Assembly (NCBI GenBank): GCA_016125095.1
Contig: WGMK01000010.1
Location: 438,149-502,148, forward strand
Length of the DNA: 64,000 bases
Source of the DNA: Candidatus Hydrogenedens sp.
GTDB lineage: Bacteria > Hydrogenedentota > Hydrogenedentia > Hydrogenedentales > JAEUWI01
Reading direction: 5' to 3'
Shown: one piece after another, positions 8,344 through 19,188 of the stretch
Position numbering within the stretch: the first letter of the stretch is position 1
How the letters are laid out: each line of letters starts with the position of its first letter
Notes under the pieces: generated by a model
What the model saw: the letters and a program-made list of their open reading frames with translations, nothing else
The model's database searches: none
Told to the model about the DNA's origin: nothing
Program-made: the position numbers and the translations under genes

Positions 8344-9765
8344 CTACTTCTTCTTGGGGCGGTAGATGTGGGTGGCCGTGCCGAAGATGGAACCGGCCGC
8401 CTCCATGAGCGCCTCGCTCAGCGTGGGGTGCGCATGGATGGTCAGGTCGATATCGCTGGCGGTGGCGCCCATTTCGATGGCGAGCGTGGCCTCGGCGATG
8501 AGTTCGCCCGCGCCGGCCCCCGTGATACCCACGCCCAGCACTTGGTGCGTGTCGGGATCGCTGATGATCTTGGTCACGCCCTCGGTACGGTTCAGCGTGG
8601 TGGCGCGTCCCGAGGCAGCCCAGGGGAACCGCGCCACGTCGACCTTGCGGCCAGCCTTTTTGGCCTCGCCCTCGGTAATACCGACCCACGCGATTTCCGG
8701 ATCGGTAAACACGACGCAGGGAATGGCTTGCGGCTCGAAGGCCGCGTTGTGTCCCGCGATGACTTCCGCCGCCACGCGGCCCTCGTGCGAGGCCTTGTGG
8801 GCGAGCGCCGGGCCTTCCACGATATCGCCGATGGCGAAGATGTTGGGGTCCGACGTGCGGCGCTGAATATCCACCTCGACAAAGCCGCGGTCGTTCACCT
8901 TCACCTTGGTGTTGTCTAGCCCGAGGCCGCTCGAGTTCGGCTTGCGGCCGATGCAGATGAGTACCTTGTCGAACACACGCTTGGGCTTCTTGATGCCCTC
9001 GCCCTCCAGCGTCACCTTGAGCCCGTTCTTCTGGTGCTCCATGTTCGTGACCTTGGTGTTCAGCAGGATCTCCTCGAAAATGCCCTCGACGCGCTTGGCC
9101 AGCGGACGCACAAGATCGCGGTCGCAGCCGGGCAGCAGGCCGTCGGTCGCTTCCACCATCGTGATCTTCGATCCCAGCGCGGCGTAGACCGTGCCGAGTT
9201 CGAGGCCGATATAGCCGCCGCCGACCACCAGCAGGTTCTCGGGCACGTCGTCCAGGCGGAGCGCGCCGGTGCTGTTCATGATGTAGGGCGACTGGATAAG
9301 CGGCGGCAGCAGTGTGGGCCGCGAGCCCGCCGCGAGGATGCTCTGCTGAAACTTGACGATCGTGGTGGCGCCGCCGACGGCGGTCACGCTGATGGTCTTC
9401 GAGTCGTCATAGGCGCCTCGGCCGCGTACGAAGCGGACGCCGCGCGCCTTGCAGAGCTGGCCCAGGCCGCCGGTCATCTGCTGCACCACTTCCTTCGTGG
9501 CGGCGCGCACGCGGTCTACGTCGATTTCCGGCTCGGCGAATTTCACGCCGAAGTGCGCGGCCTCGCGCGCGGCGGTAATCACATGCGCCACGTGCAGCAT
9601 CGCCTTCGAGGGGATGCAGCCCTTGTACAGGCAGGTGCCGCCGGGATTCTCCTCCGTGTCGATCAGCGTCACATCGAGGCCCAGATCGGCCGCCATGAAC
9701 GCGGCCGCATAGCCCCCGGGGCCGCCGCCCAATACCGCTACCTGTGTTTCAATCGTCTCGCTCAT
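8344..9765 (-). CDS. lpdA: dihydrolipoyl dehydrogenase (E3)
   Basis: 473 aa; FAD motif VLGGGPGGY, redox-active disulfide GGTCLYKGCIPSK and the C-terminal HAHPTLSE motif are present. Confidence 0.92.
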   Translation of the reverse strand: MSETIETQVAVLGGGPGGYAAAFMAADLGLDVTLIDTEENPGGTCLYKGCIPSKAMLHVAHVITAAREAAHFGVKFAEPEIDVDRVRAATKEVVQQMTGGLGQLCKARGVRFVRGRGAYDDSKTISVTAVGGATTIVKFQQSILAAGSRPTLLPPLIQSPYIMNSTGALRLDDVPENLLVVGGGYIGLELGTVYAALGSKITMVEATDGLLPGCDRDLVRPLAKRVEGIFEEILLNTKVTNMEHQKNGLKVTLEGEGIKKPKRVFDKVLICIGRKPNSSGLGLDNTKVKVNDRGFVEVDIQRRTSDPNIFAIGDIVEGPALAHKASHEGRVAAEVIAGHNAAFEPQAIPCVVFTDPEIAWVGITEGEAKKAGRKVDVARFPWAASGRATTLNRTEGVTKIISDPDTHQVLGVGITGAGAGELIAEATLAIEMGATASDIDLTIHAHPTLSEALMEAAGSIFGTATHIYRPKKK

Positions 9766-9820
9766 CGAAGGATCCCTACGGAGTTAATCACTAAAGGCTG
9801 GAGTGGAAAAAGGTGCGCAC

Positions 9821-11140
9821 TCAGGCGTCGAGCCAGAGCGTCCACGGCTGCTCGAGCGTCTGCGTGTACCACTTCATGAAGCGCGCGGCGTCGGCGCCGT
9901 CGATGAGGCGGTGGTCGTACGAGAGCGTCATCGGCATCATGAGGCGCGGGGCGAAGCCGCCGTTCTCAAACACTGGTTCCACGGCCGCGCGCGACACGCC
10001 GAGGATGGCCACCTCGGGCGCATTGATGATGGGCGTGAAGCCCTGGAAACCCGGGCCGCCCACGCCGCCGAGGTTGGTAATCGTCATACACGCGCCCTGC
10101 ATCTCGTCCAGCGAAAGTTTGCGGTCGCGCGCCTTGGCGGCCAGCTGCGGCACTTCGATGGCGATATCGAGCAGGCTCTTCTGGTCGGCGTCCTTGATGA
10201 CGGGCACTAACAAGCCGGCGGGGGTATCTACCGCGACGCCGATGTTCACGTAGTCCTTCATCAGGACTTCCTGCTTCTCGACATCGAAGCTGGCGTTGAA
10301 CTTGTGGAAGCGGCGGAGCGCCTCGGCCATCACCTTAATCAGGAAGACGGTTACCGTCAGCTTGCCGCCGCCGGATTCGAACTGCTTGCCGTATTGCTTG
10401 CGGATGTCCTCGAGCTTGGTAATGTCGGCCTTCTCGAAGTGGGTGACGTGGGGGATGGTCGACCAGCAATAGGCCATGTGCTCCACGGTCTTCTTGCGGA
10501 CGGCGTTCATCGTCTCGCGGCGCACAGGGCCCCACTTGCCCGATTCGACCGGGCCGGATGGCGCGGGGGCCGGGGCGGCCTTGGCGGCCGGGGCGGCCGG
10601 AGCAGCCGCCGCCGGGGCAGGCGCGCCGCCCTTGGCGAAGGCCATCACATCCTGCGCGGTCACGCGGCCCGAGGGATCTGCCGTGGGCACTTCGTTCAAT
10701 TCCACGCCAAGTTCGCGCGCGAGTTTGCGCACCGAGGGTGAGGCCAGCACGGGCGTACCGGCAGCGCGCGGCGCGGCGGCCGGTCGCTCCAGCACTTGCA
10801 GGCTGGGCTTCGGGGCCGGTGCGGGCGCTTGCTTGGGCTGTTCGGGCTCCGATTCGGGGGCGGCCTCCTTGGCTGGGGCGGGTTCCGACTTCGCCGGGGC
10901 CGCGCCGCCTTCATACGAAAACAGCGGCTGGCCCACCTTCACCACGTCGCCTTCCTTCACGGAGATCTCGGTGATCTTCGCATCGGCGGGGGCGGTGATC
11001 TCGGTCACGGCCTTGTCGGTCTCGATTTCCAGCACCGCCTGGTTCTTGCTGACGGAATCGCCCGCCTTCACCAGTAGACGCCCAATGGTTCCGGAGGCGA
11101 TGTTCTCGCCCAGCTCGGGAAGTTTGAATACGGTGGCCAT
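9821..11140 (-). CDS. aceF: dihydrolipoamide acetyltransferase (E2) of pyruvate dehydrogenase complex
   Basis: 439 aa; an N-terminal lipoyl domain (IETDKA), an Ala/Pro-rich linker, an E3-binding domain and the catalytic domain (DHRLIDG). Confidence 0.9.
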   Translation of the reverse strand: MATVFKLPELGENIASGTIGRLLVKAGDSVSKNQAVLEIETDKAVTEITAPADAKITEISVKEGDVVKVGQPLFSYEGGAAPAKSEPAPAKEAAPESEPEQPKQAPAPAPKPSLQVLERPAAAPRAAGTPVLASPSVRKLARELGVELNEVPTADPSGRVTAQDVMAFAKGGAPAPAAAAPAAPAAKAAPAPAPSGPVESGKWGPVRRETMNAVRKKTVEHMAYCWSTIPHVTHFEKADITKLEDIRKQYGKQFESGGGKLTVTVFLIKVMAEALRRFHKFNASFDVEKQEVLMKDYVNIGVAVDTPAGLLVPVIKDADQKSLLDIAIEVPQLAAKARDRKLSLDEMQGACMTITNLGGVGGPGFQGFTPIINAPEVAILGVSRAAVEPVFENGGFAPRLMMPMTLSYDHRLIDGADAARFMKWYTQTLEQPWTLWLDA

Positions 11141-11182
11141 GCTGCCTTCCTCTGGTCGGGTCCTTGCGGTCCGCGGAACGGA

Positions 11183-13813
11183 CTAGCTGTACATCGGGTT
11201 GGGTTTGTTCACGGAAATCTTGAGGTGCTTGATGGCGCCCTTCACCACGTCCGCCGTGATGCTGCCGTCCTGCAGCAGGGCGTTGAGCGTGGCGAGCACG
11301 ATGAAGCGGGCGTCGACCTCGAAGTGGTTGCGCAGCGCCTCGCGCGATTCGCTCCGGCCGAAGCCGTCGGTGCCCAGGCTGTGGATGCCGCCGGGCACCC
11401 ACTTCGAGAGGCCATCGGGCAGAATCTTCATGTAGTCCGACGAGGCGACCACGGGGCCGGGCTCGGATTCGAGCATGCGGGTGACGAAGGGCACCTTCGG
11501 CTTCGAGCCGGGATGCAGCAGGTTCCAGCGCTCGGCGTCCAGCGCGTCGCGCCGGAGTTCGGTGTAGCTGGTCACGCTCCAGGCATCGGCCGCGACGCCG
11601 TATTCCTCGAGCATCTCCTGCGCCTTGAGCACCTCGTTCATGATGGCGCCGCTGCCCAGCAGTTGCGCGTGCAGCTTGGCGTTCTTCAGCTTCGACGGGC
11701 GGAACTTGTACAGGCCCTTGAGAATGCCCTCGCGCACGCGCTTGGAATCCTGCAGCGCAGGCATGGCGTAGTTCTCGTTCTCTACCGTCAGGTAGTAAAA
11801 AATGTCTTCCTGCTCGTGGTACATGCGGCGGATGCCGTCCTGCACCACGATGGCGAGTTCGTAGGCGAAGGCGACGTCGTAGCAGACGAGGTTGGGCACG
11901 CAGCTGCCGAACACGTGGCTGTGGCCGTCCTGGTGCTGAAGGCCTTCGCCGTTGAGCGTGGTGCGTCCGGCCGTGCCGCCGCAGAGGAAGCCCTTGCACC
12001 GGCTGTCGCCCGCGGCCCACACCAGATCGCCCACGCGTTGCATGCCGAACATGGAGTAGAACACGAAGAAGGGGATGGTATTTACGCCGTGGCTGGCGTA
12101 GGCCGTACCCGCGGCGATGAAGGACGACATTGAGCCGGCCTCGTTGATGCCTTCCTCGAGCAGCTGTCCGTCCTTCGCCTCGCGGTAATACATGAGGCTG
12201 TTCGAGTCGACCGGTTCATAGGTCTGGCCGAGGGACGAATAGATGCCGACCTGCTTGAACAGGCCGTCCATGCCAAAGGTGCGGGCCTCGTCGGGCACGA
12301 TGGGCACGATCAGCTTGCCGAATTCCTTGTCCTGCAGCAGCGTGCGGATGACCTGCACGAGCGCCATGGTCGTCGATACGGGGCGCTCGCTGCCGGCGTA
12401 GATGGACTTGAAGAGATCGTCCTTCGGGGCCTTCACCGGAGCGGCGTGCACCTTGCGGTCGGGCAGATAGCCGCCGAGCGCCTGGCGCCGCTCGTGCAGA
12501 TACTTCATGTTCGGCGCGTCGTCGTCGGGCTTGTAGAAGGGCGCGAACGCAATCTCGTCGTCGGATACGGGAATGCCGAAGCGGCCGCGGAATTCGCGCA
12601 GCTCTTCTTCGTTCAGCTTTTTCTGCTGATGGGTGATGTTCTTGCCTTCGCCGCTCTCGCCCAGGCCGTAGCCCTTCACCGTCTTTGCGAGGATCACCGT
12701 GGGCGCGCCCTTGGTATTAACCGCGCGGTCGTAAGCAGCATAGACCTTTTTCGGGTCGTGGCCGCCGCGCTTGATCTTCTTGATCTCGGTGTCGCTCAAC
12801 TGGTCGAGGAATTTCTTGATACGCGGGTCCACGGCAATCAGGCGCTTGCGGATGTACTCCGGCGTCTCCACCGTGAACTTCTGGAACTCGCCGTCGGGCA
12901 GGGACGCGAACACGCTCTCGAGCACGTTCTCGGAATCCTGTGCGAAGAGCTTGTCCCAGTCGCTGCCCCAGATGACTTTGATGACGTTCCAGCCCGCGCC
13001 GCGGAAGATGCCCTCGAGTTCCTGGATGATCTTGCTGTTACCGCGCACGGGACCATCCAGGCGCTGCAGGTTGCAGTTGATGACGAAGATAAGGTTGTCC
13101 AGCTTTTCGCGTGCGGCCATGCCGATGGCGCCGAGCGTCTCGGGCTCGTCGCATTCGCCGTCGCCCAGGTACGCCCACACGCGCCCGCCATTCGCCGGCT
13201 TCAGTCCACGATTCTCCAGGTACCGCATGAAGCGCGCCTGATAGATGGACATGATGGGACCAAGGCCCATGGATACCGTCGGGAATTGCCAGAAGTTCGG
13301 CATGAGCCACGGGTGCGGATACGAACTTAAGCCGCCGCCCTTGGCCAGTTCGCGGCGGAAGTTGTTCAGTTCCTGAATCGAGATGCGCCCTTCGAGGAAG
13401 GCGCGCGCGTAGATACCCGGCGCGGCGTGCCCCTGGAAATACACCAGGTCGCCGCCGTAGTCCTTGGTCTTGGCATGGAAGAAGTGATTGAAGCCCACCT
13501 CGTACAACGTTGCCGCCGAGGCGTAGGTGGAGATATGGCCGCCGATACCGTCCGATTCGCGGTTCGCCCGCACCACCATCGCCATCGCATTCCACCGGAT
13601 GAGGGACTTGTTCACGCGGCCCAGCTGCCCGTCGGTCGGGTATTCGGGCTCTTCCTCCACCGGGATCGTGTTCACATACGGCGTGTTCTGGCTGAAGTTG
13701 CCCCGGACTCCCCGCATGTAGGCATAGGTCTGCAATTCCTTCAGCAGCCGCTCCGCCGCGCCGCGGCCTTGCGCCTGCAATACGCCCTCGAGCGAATCGA
13801 GCCATTCGCTCAT
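11183..13813 (-). CDS. aceE: pyruvate dehydrogenase E1 component, homodimeric type
   Basis: ~876 aa, AceE-like throughout. Start chosen at MSEWLDSLEG, which resembles the E. coli AceE N-terminus; the ORF track allows 13900. Confidence 0.88.
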   Translation of the reverse strand: MSEWLDSLEGVLQAQGRGAAERLLKELQTYAYMRGVRGNFSQNTPYVNTIPVEEEPEYPTDGQLGRVNKSLIRWNAMAMVVRANRESDGIGGHISTYASAATLYEVGFNHFFHAKTKDYGGDLVYFQGHAAPGIYARAFLEGRISIQELNNFRRELAKGGGLSSYPHPWLMPNFWQFPTVSMGLGPIMSIYQARFMRYLENRGLKPANGGRVWAYLGDGECDEPETLGAIGMAAREKLDNLIFVINCNLQRLDGPVRGNSKIIQELEGIFRGAGWNVIKVIWGSDWDKLFAQDSENVLESVFASLPDGEFQKFTVETPEYIRKRLIAVDPRIKKFLDQLSDTEIKKIKRGGHDPKKVYAAYDRAVNTKGAPTVILAKTVKGYGLGESGEGKNITHQQKKLNEEELREFRGRFGIPVSDDEIAFAPFYKPDDDAPNMKYLHERRQALGGYLPDRKVHAAPVKAPKDDLFKSIYAGSERPVSTTMALVQVIRTLLQDKEFGKLIVPIVPDEARTFGMDGLFKQVGIYSSLGQTYEPVDSNSLMYYREAKDGQLLEEGINEAGSMSSFIAAGTAYASHGVNTIPFFVFYSMFGMQRVGDLVWAAGDSRCKGFLCGGTAGRTTLNGEGLQHQDGHSHVFGSCVPNLVCYDVAFAYELAIVVQDGIRRMYHEQEDIFYYLTVENENYAMPALQDSKRVREGILKGLYKFRPSKLKNAKLHAQLLGSGAIMNEVLKAQEMLEEYGVAADAWSVTSYTELRRDALDAERWNLLHPGSKPKVPFVTRMLESEPGPVVASSDYMKILPDGLSKWVPGGIHSLGTDGFGRSESREALRNHFEVDARFIVLATLNALLQDGSITADVVKGAIKHLKISVNKPNPMYS

Positions 13814-14230
13814 GCCATCGTCATAGGATTCTTCAGACTGGTAGTCCACACTCACGGAATCGTTCCTCGTACTGTTGCAGCGCGGGCGCCCCGGCCGCAT
13901 CAGGGGTCTTCACAGGCGCACCCTGCCAGTCTACCGAAACGAGAGCGGGGGTACACCTACTTATCGTTAGGTACGCCGCCCTCCGGGCTTCGCACCGTCC
14001 TTGCGGGGGAACACTTTACGTGGGGAAAGCATTTCTGCTGGGGGAACGAAGACTGCTGGCGACTCCCAGGCTTGAACAGGCGTACATCGACTGGGGCAAA
14101 CCCGACGTCGGCTCCGTCCTGCGGGCGTTGACTGGGGCTTGGCAAAGAGCCTAGTCTGGAATTTCGTAGTATAGTGGCACCTTGGGACAACCATGGGTGT
14201 GGTCAAGAAATCGTCTTGGGAGGACGTACC

Positions 14231-15532
14231 ATGCGAAGCTTCCGATGGTGCCACGTTTCAAAGTTGTTCGCGGTGCTCCTGCTCCCCTTGTGTTCCGGCT
14301 GTAAGGAAATGGCGCAGGTTTCCGTGCCGGTGACTTTCAATGATGCGGCGCTGGAGCATGCGGTCAAGGCCGCGCTTCGATTGCCCGACGACACCGTCCT
14401 TACGTCGGACCTAATGCTCGAACTTACTGATTTGGCCATCTGGGAATATGGGACCGACGTTTCCGACCTTACCGGCCTGGAGTATGCCTTTAATCTCGAC
14501 TGGCTCGACATTTCAGGGGGGCACATCCGGTCGCTGGCGCCAATTGAGCGCCTGCCGAGGCTACAGACCCTACGTCTGGGTGGGTGTCCGCTGGACGAAT
14601 CGGGTACGTTTTCGAATTGGCCTGCCTTGGAAGAACTGTGGCTGGTCGGTACGCGGGCGCAGCAGTTCAAGGTCATCGACATGCCCAAGCTGCGGACGGT
14701 TTGGAACAAGAATCGATCCGGGCCGGGCACGGACGAGACGATCTCGGTAGAAGTAATCGGATGCCCCGTTTTGGAAGAGGTCATGATGGAGGACTACGGC
14801 GCTACCGCACTTATCGTTGAGGACTGCGCATCGCTCCGAAAGTTGGATATCGGAGGCCTGCCCCTAATCGGTGTAAGGCTATCCAATCTGCCTGCCCTAA
14901 AGTCGCTGTCTCTGACTGAAGGTGCCTTGTCGTACATCGACCTCAGCGGTCTGACATCCCTGACTGGTCTCAACCTGCGGGGAAACCAGCTGATGGCAAT
15001 CGACTTGGAGCCTGTGCCGCTTCTGAAGTTCTTGATTTTGTCAGGTAATAACTTCTCGGAGATCGACCTTTCCCCGGTGCCGGATCTCAAGAACCTTCAG
15101 CTGGGGGGCAATCCGCTCAATGCGATCAATCTCGAGGGGAATCCCCTCTTGAGTGAGCTCTATTTGCAAGACACGACGCTAACTTCGCTGGATCTCACGC
15201 ATCAGGCATACCTGACCAGGCTCGATCTGACTTCCAGCCCCGTTGGAGAGGTCAATCTGGACTCGAATCCGGAACTGCAATATCTGTTTCTGGATGACAC
15301 GGAAATTTCCACACTAAATCACGCCGCGGGATTGGAACACGTCATCGCGCTACTCGCGAGGCGGAATCAAATCGAATACCTAACGCCGCTTTTCGCGTGG
15401 CCGAATCTGGCGGATGCGTACATCGACGTAACGCAGAATCCCCTGTCGCTGGAGTCGCTCTGCGAAGAGATTCCCGAGATGCGTGCACTCGGCACCAGAG
15501 TGATAGTATCTGGGCAGGAATGGTGCCGATAG
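14231..15532 (+). CDS. leucine-rich repeat protein with N-terminal signal/lipoprotein-like peptide
   Basis: Signal region FAVLLLPLCSGC followed by many LxxLxLxxN-type repeats (LTGLNLRGNQL, LKFLILSGNNFSEIDLS, LKNLQLGGNPL). Confidence 0.72.
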   Translation: MRSFRWCHVSKLFAVLLLPLCSGCKEMAQVSVPVTFNDAALEHAVKAALRLPDDTVLTSDLMLELTDLAIWEYGTDVSDLTGLEYAFNLDWLDISGGHIRSLAPIERLPRLQTLRLGGCPLDESGTFSNWPALEELWLVGTRAQQFKVIDMPKLRTVWNKNRSGPGTDETISVEVIGCPVLEEVMMEDYGATALIVEDCASLRKLDIGGLPLIGVRLSNLPALKSLSLTEGALSYIDLSGLTSLTGLNLRGNQLMAIDLEPVPLLKFLILSGNNFSEIDLSPVPDLKNLQLGGNPLNAINLEGNPLLSELYLQDTTLTSLDLTHQAYLTRLDLTSSPVGEVNLDSNPELQYLFLDDTEISTLNHAAGLEHVIALLARRNQIEYLTPLFAWPNLADAYIDVTQNPLSLESLCEEIPEMRALGTRVIVSGQEWCR

Positions 15533-15779
15533 CAGGCGTAGCGGCCGACTGCATCCAACGCGTGGGGGTGAGTTGAGAGGCGCCGGCCGCCTTGCCACGC
15601 CAGAAGCCTTAGTTCCCTTACCGTCCGACACTTAATGAAGTGCAAGGGCGCGCCCGCCGGTCGACCACGAAGATCGCTTTCCGCGGAGCTAATTGGGGCT
15701 TGCGCATTCCGGCAATCTGTGTTACCCTCGACCTTTGTTGTTCTTAACTAGTCGGGCAATAAGGATGGAGGACGGCGTG

Positions 15780-16802
15780 ATGAAGCGAGAGATTGGGCTG
15801 TGTGTGCTGGCGCTGGCTCTGGTGGCCGGGACGGCGCATGCGGGTACGACGACGATCGATTTTACGCAGGGACTGGGCAACCTGGTGCAACTGGGGGGCT
15901 CAGGCAGTTTGTCGGTGGATTCGAATTGCGATGCGGTGTTCACCGGCACGCCGACGTATCTGATCGGCAACGGCAGTTCGGGGGTTATCACGAGCGGGAC
16001 GGTATCGATCACGATGAACATCGTACCGGCGACCGATGTGGGGGTGTCGGACGAGCCGGGGCTGACCCTAATCGACGACAACGACGGCTCCTTTGTGACC
16101 GCAACGGTGGACAGCACGGGGCTGGTGACGCTGACGAACGGCTCGACGACGGACACGATGCAGTTCGGCGCGCCGGCCGCGGCGGGCACGTCGATGACGC
16201 TGACCTACAACCCCAACACCGACACGACGACGCTGACGCAGAGCGGGTCGTTTTCGGATAACGCGACGATTCCCAACAGCTTCCCGCTGCAGATCGACAC
16301 GCCGGCCGTGAAGGTGGGCGTGGTCTCGTTTGGCGGCGGCAAGTTCGAATCGCTTTCGGCCACCGGCACGGGCATTCCGAACCTGGACAGCACGGGCGTG
16401 TGCGGCGGCAGCGAGGGCGAGGGCGAAGGGGGCGGCGGCACCGAGGGCGAGGTGGACCCGATCGTGACCATCTCCGGCGGGGGCTATATCGTCGCGGGCG
16501 AGGACGATCTGGTCCTGAGCCTGAACGGCGCTGACGGCGCGGTCGGCTATCAGTGGCGCAAGAACGGCGCGGATCTCTCCGGCGAGACGGGCGCGACGCT
16601 GGTCCGTGCGCCGGTGCTGGAGGCCGACGAGGGCAACTACCGCTGCGCCGTCGATTTCGGCGCGAAGCAGGTCGTGCTGTCCAACATCGTAACCGTGACC
16701 GTGTTTGGTCCGAACGAATTGCCCGCGATGGGCGGCAGTGGCCTTGTCCTGTTGGGTGCCGCACTGGCCGGCGCGATGCTCGCGCGTTCGCGCAAGCGCT
16801 AA
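15780..16802 (+). CDS. secreted Ig-like domain protein with PEP-CTERM-like C-terminal sorting signal
   Basis: Signal peptide MKREIGLCVLALALVAGTAHA. A GGSEGEGEGGGG linker, an Ig-like segment (GNYRCAVDFGAKQVVLSNIVTVTV) and the C-terminus ELPAMGGSGLVLLGAALAGAMLARSRKR (PEP-like motif, TM helix, basic tail). Confidence 0.55.
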   Translation: MKREIGLCVLALALVAGTAHAGTTTIDFTQGLGNLVQLGGSGSLSVDSNCDAVFTGTPTYLIGNGSSGVITSGTVSITMNIVPATDVGVSDEPGLTLIDDNDGSFVTATVDSTGLVTLTNGSTTDTMQFGAPAAAGTSMTLTYNPNTDTTTLTQSGSFSDNATIPNSFPLQIDTPAVKVGVVSFGGGKFESLSATGTGIPNLDSTGVCGGSEGEGEGGGGTEGEVDPIVTISGGGYIVAGEDDLVLSLNGADGAVGYQWRKNGADLSGETGATLVRAPVLEADEGNYRCAVDFGAKQVVLSNIVTVTVFGPNELPAMGGSGLVLLGAALAGAMLARSRKR

Positions 16803-16822
16803 GTAGTTCCGAAAGTGTGTAT

Positions 16823-16858
16823 CGGCGGCGGCTCCCAACGGGCCGCCGCCGTTTTTTT
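16823..16858 (+). terminator. rho-independent terminator
   Basis: cggcggcggc-tcccaac-gggccgccgccg followed by ttttttt. Confidence 0.65.
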
Positions 16859-16990
16859 GGAATGCGGGTGTTCCGCCGGATGTTTCATCTACGCAAAGTG
16901 CATGTTTACTTGCGGTTAAGTCGCTTCGCCTTGATTGGGTCTGGGGGCCGTGTTAAGGTGTGGCGATTGCAGTACGGCAGGAGCGTTTGA

Positions 16991-18100
16991 ATGGCCCGCG
17001 CAAAGAAGAAAGACCGCATCTTTACCGACCGGGAGCGCAAGCTGTTCCGGAAGCGTATCCCCTCGACCGAATCGATTTTCGGCGCGGGGTTCCTCGCGTT
17101 TGTTATCGGCATGGGCAGTTGGTTCTTCGCGCAGAAGAACAACTTCGACCCTTCCGAGCGCGACATATCGAATGAATTGATGGTCGCGGATTCCGTGGAA
17201 GACAAACTCTTCCGCATGCCCTTGGAGCGTTGGACCGAGCCGGGCCAGGGCGGGGTGGTTTCTGCGGCCGCCGATACCGGCTATTTCCCCGAGGCGATTC
17301 TCGAGCACGGCTGGCAGCCCTCCACCCGTCCGCAAGAATTCGTCGCCGACAACCTCTACGAGAAAATCAACGGCGCGGCGCCCCAGTACATCGACTTCGG
17401 CTTTCAGAAGCTCTACTACATCGGGCTGGTGCAGCCCGCCACGAATGCCGAAATCAGCATTGAGATGTACGACATGGGCGAGTTTCAGAATGCGCTCGGC
17501 ATCTTTGCGGCCCAGCGCGACGCCAGCCGCGACGTCATCAACCGCGGACACGCCTATTTCTACGAGACCTCGCTCGGCGCGATCGGCATCGCCGGAACCT
17601 ATTATTTCAAGATTGCCGGTGCCGAGCCCGGGCCCGAGATTGAGAAGAAGACGCAGTACCTGATTGACGCACTTTGCGGGCTAAAGCAGGCTCAGATTGG
17701 AACGCCGACCGCGTTCCAGGCTTTCGCCGGTACGATGGGCATTCCATTCCAGAACATCCAATACCAGCGCACGGATGTATTCCAGTACGATTTCGCCAAG
17801 GATTTCTGGTTTGCCGCGCCTGCCGACGGCGACGGCATGCGGTACTACGTACACGAGACGCCCGACGAATCTGCGGCGGGTGACCTATATAACAAGCTTC
17901 TCGAGAATCACTTAATGGACTACGAACAGACGGCGGAGCGGGAAGGCGGGGTGGTACTGAAGCATAAGTACCTCGACGAGTACTTGGTGCTGGAGAAGCG
18001 CGGTTCGATGATTTATGGACTCGATGGCGCCCCGTCGATCGATTCGGTCGATGGCAGCCTGTCGAAACTGGAAACGGTGATCTTCCATGAAGAAAGCTAA
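16991..18100 (+). CDS. membrane-anchored hypothetical protein (N-terminal TM, large extracytoplasmic domain)
   Basis: 369 aa; a basic N-terminus then the TM helix FGAGFLAFVIGMGSWFF. It overlaps the downstream DUF362 gene by 14 nt. Confidence 0.5.
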   Translation: MARAKKKDRIFTDRERKLFRKRIPSTESIFGAGFLAFVIGMGSWFFAQKNNFDPSERDISNELMVADSVEDKLFRMPLERWTEPGQGGVVSAAADTGYFPEAILEHGWQPSTRPQEFVADNLYEKINGAAPQYIDFGFQKLYYIGLVQPATNAEISIEMYDMGEFQNALGIFAAQRDASRDVINRGHAYFYETSLGAIGIAGTYYFKIAGAEPGPEIEKKTQYLIDALCGLKQAQIGTPTAFQAFAGTMGIPFQNIQYQRTDVFQYDFAKDFWFAAPADGDGMRYYVHETPDESAAGDLYNKLLENHLMDYEQTAEREGGVVLKHKYLDEYLVLEKRGSMIYGLDGAPSIDSVDGSLSKLETVIFHEES

Positions 18101-19142
18101 AGACGGCATCCAGCATCCCGATTACGAAAAGGCGCCGATGAGCCGACGCGCGCTGCTGGGCAAGATTGCCGCGACGGGCGGCATCGCCGGTGCTGCGGGC
18201 TACGCGGCCTGGGCGCCCGAGGGCGCGCCTGGTTCGCTCCGGGACACCTCCGGCCTGCGCAGCGTGCCCAAGGTGACGCCGCTTCGACTGCCCGACTTCC
18301 GCGTAGAGAAGCCGGCGGGTGCGGCCGACGTCGGCATCGGACGCCACAGTGATCCGCTGCAGAACGACGCATCGATGTTGCGCGCGGCGCTGGACGCCAT
18401 CGGTGGCCTGCAGCACTATGTGAAGCGAGGCGACATCGTGATGGTGAAGCCCAACGTGGCCTTCGACCGTGCCCCGGCGCTGGGCGCCACTTCAAATCCG
18501 CGGTTGCTGAAAGAACTCATCCACATGCTGATTGTCGATTGCGGCGCGCAGGAAGTGCGCGTGGCCGACAATCCCATCGAGTCGCCGCCCGACTGCTTCG
18601 CCAAAAGCCGCATCGGCGAGGCGAGCCAGACGGCGGGCGGCCGCGTGTATCTGCCGGATTCCAACGCCTTCAAGATGCTGCACACGCCGGGGGCCAAGCT
18701 CATCGAGAACTGGTGGTTTTTCCACCGCCCCTTCACCAATGTGGACAAGGTGATCGGGCTGGCGCCCATCAAGGATCACAACCTGTGCAGCGCCTCGATG
18801 GGCATGAAGAACTGGTACGGGCTGCTGGGCGGCACGCGCAACCAGTTCCATCAAGACATCCACGGCATCGTGTCCGATCTCTCAGTGATGATGCGGCCGA
18901 CGCTGACGATTCTCGATGGCACCCATGTGCTCATGCAAAACGGTCCCACCGGCGGCGACCCTTCGAACGTGAAGATGGGCGATGCGGTGATTGCGGCGGT
19001 CGATCCGGTCGCTTGCGACGCCTGGGCCTTCGAGTATCTGCTCGAGCGCGGCCGCGATTACCCGAGCTATCTCTACATGGCCGAAGAGAAGGGCAGCGGG
19101 AAAGTGGATTGGGCGGGTCGCGTGAAGGAAATTCAGGCCTAG
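18087..19142 (+). CDS. Tat-exported DUF362 domain protein
   Basis: Twin-arginine motif [25 protein letters not shown]. The DUF362-like core ([45 protein letters not shown]) is present. Confidence 0.72.
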   Translation: MKKAKDGIQHPDYEKAPMSRRALLGKIAATGGIAGAAGYAAWAPEGAPGSLRDTSGLRSVPKVTPLRLPDFRVEKPAGAADVGIGRHSDPLQNDASMLRAALDAIGGLQHYVKRGDIVMVKPNVAFDRAPALGATSNPRLLKELIHMLIVDCGAQEVRVADNPIESPPDCFAKSRIGEASQTAGGRVYLPDSNAFKMLHTPGAKLIENWWFFHRPFTNVDKVIGLAPIKDHNLCSASMGMKNWYGLLGGTRNQFHQDIHGIVSDLSVMMRPTLTILDGTHVLMQNGPTGGDPSNVKMGDAVIAAVDPVACDAWAFEYLLERGRDYPSYLYMAEEKGSGKVDWAGRVKEIQA

Positions 19143-19188
19143 GCGGCACGGGCGAAGCAGTCAACGAACGCAGGAACATCGGAGCCGA

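Noticed and set aside
10476-13330. Long plus-strand ORFs (10476..11186, 11225..12133, 12446..13330 etc.) antisense to aceE/aceF.
   Set aside because: They are Ala/Arg/Gly-rich, low-complexity translations typical of antisense frames in high-GC DNA. The minus-strand genes have unambiguous PDH homology.
13814-13900. Possible N-terminal extension of aceE to 13900.
   Set aside because: The extra 29 residues (MRPGRPRCNSTRNDSVSVDYQSEESYDDG) lack similarity to AceE N-termini, whereas MSEWLD aligns with E. coli MSERFP...DWL. This is kept as an alternative start only.
16009-16838. 251- and 256-aa minus-strand ORFs overlapping the PEP-CTERM protein gene, and similar antisense ORFs (28533..29624, 34963..36429, 40599..41696, 44225..45331).
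   Set aside because: They have Arg/Pro-rich composition and no motifs, and the opposite strand carries convincing genes.
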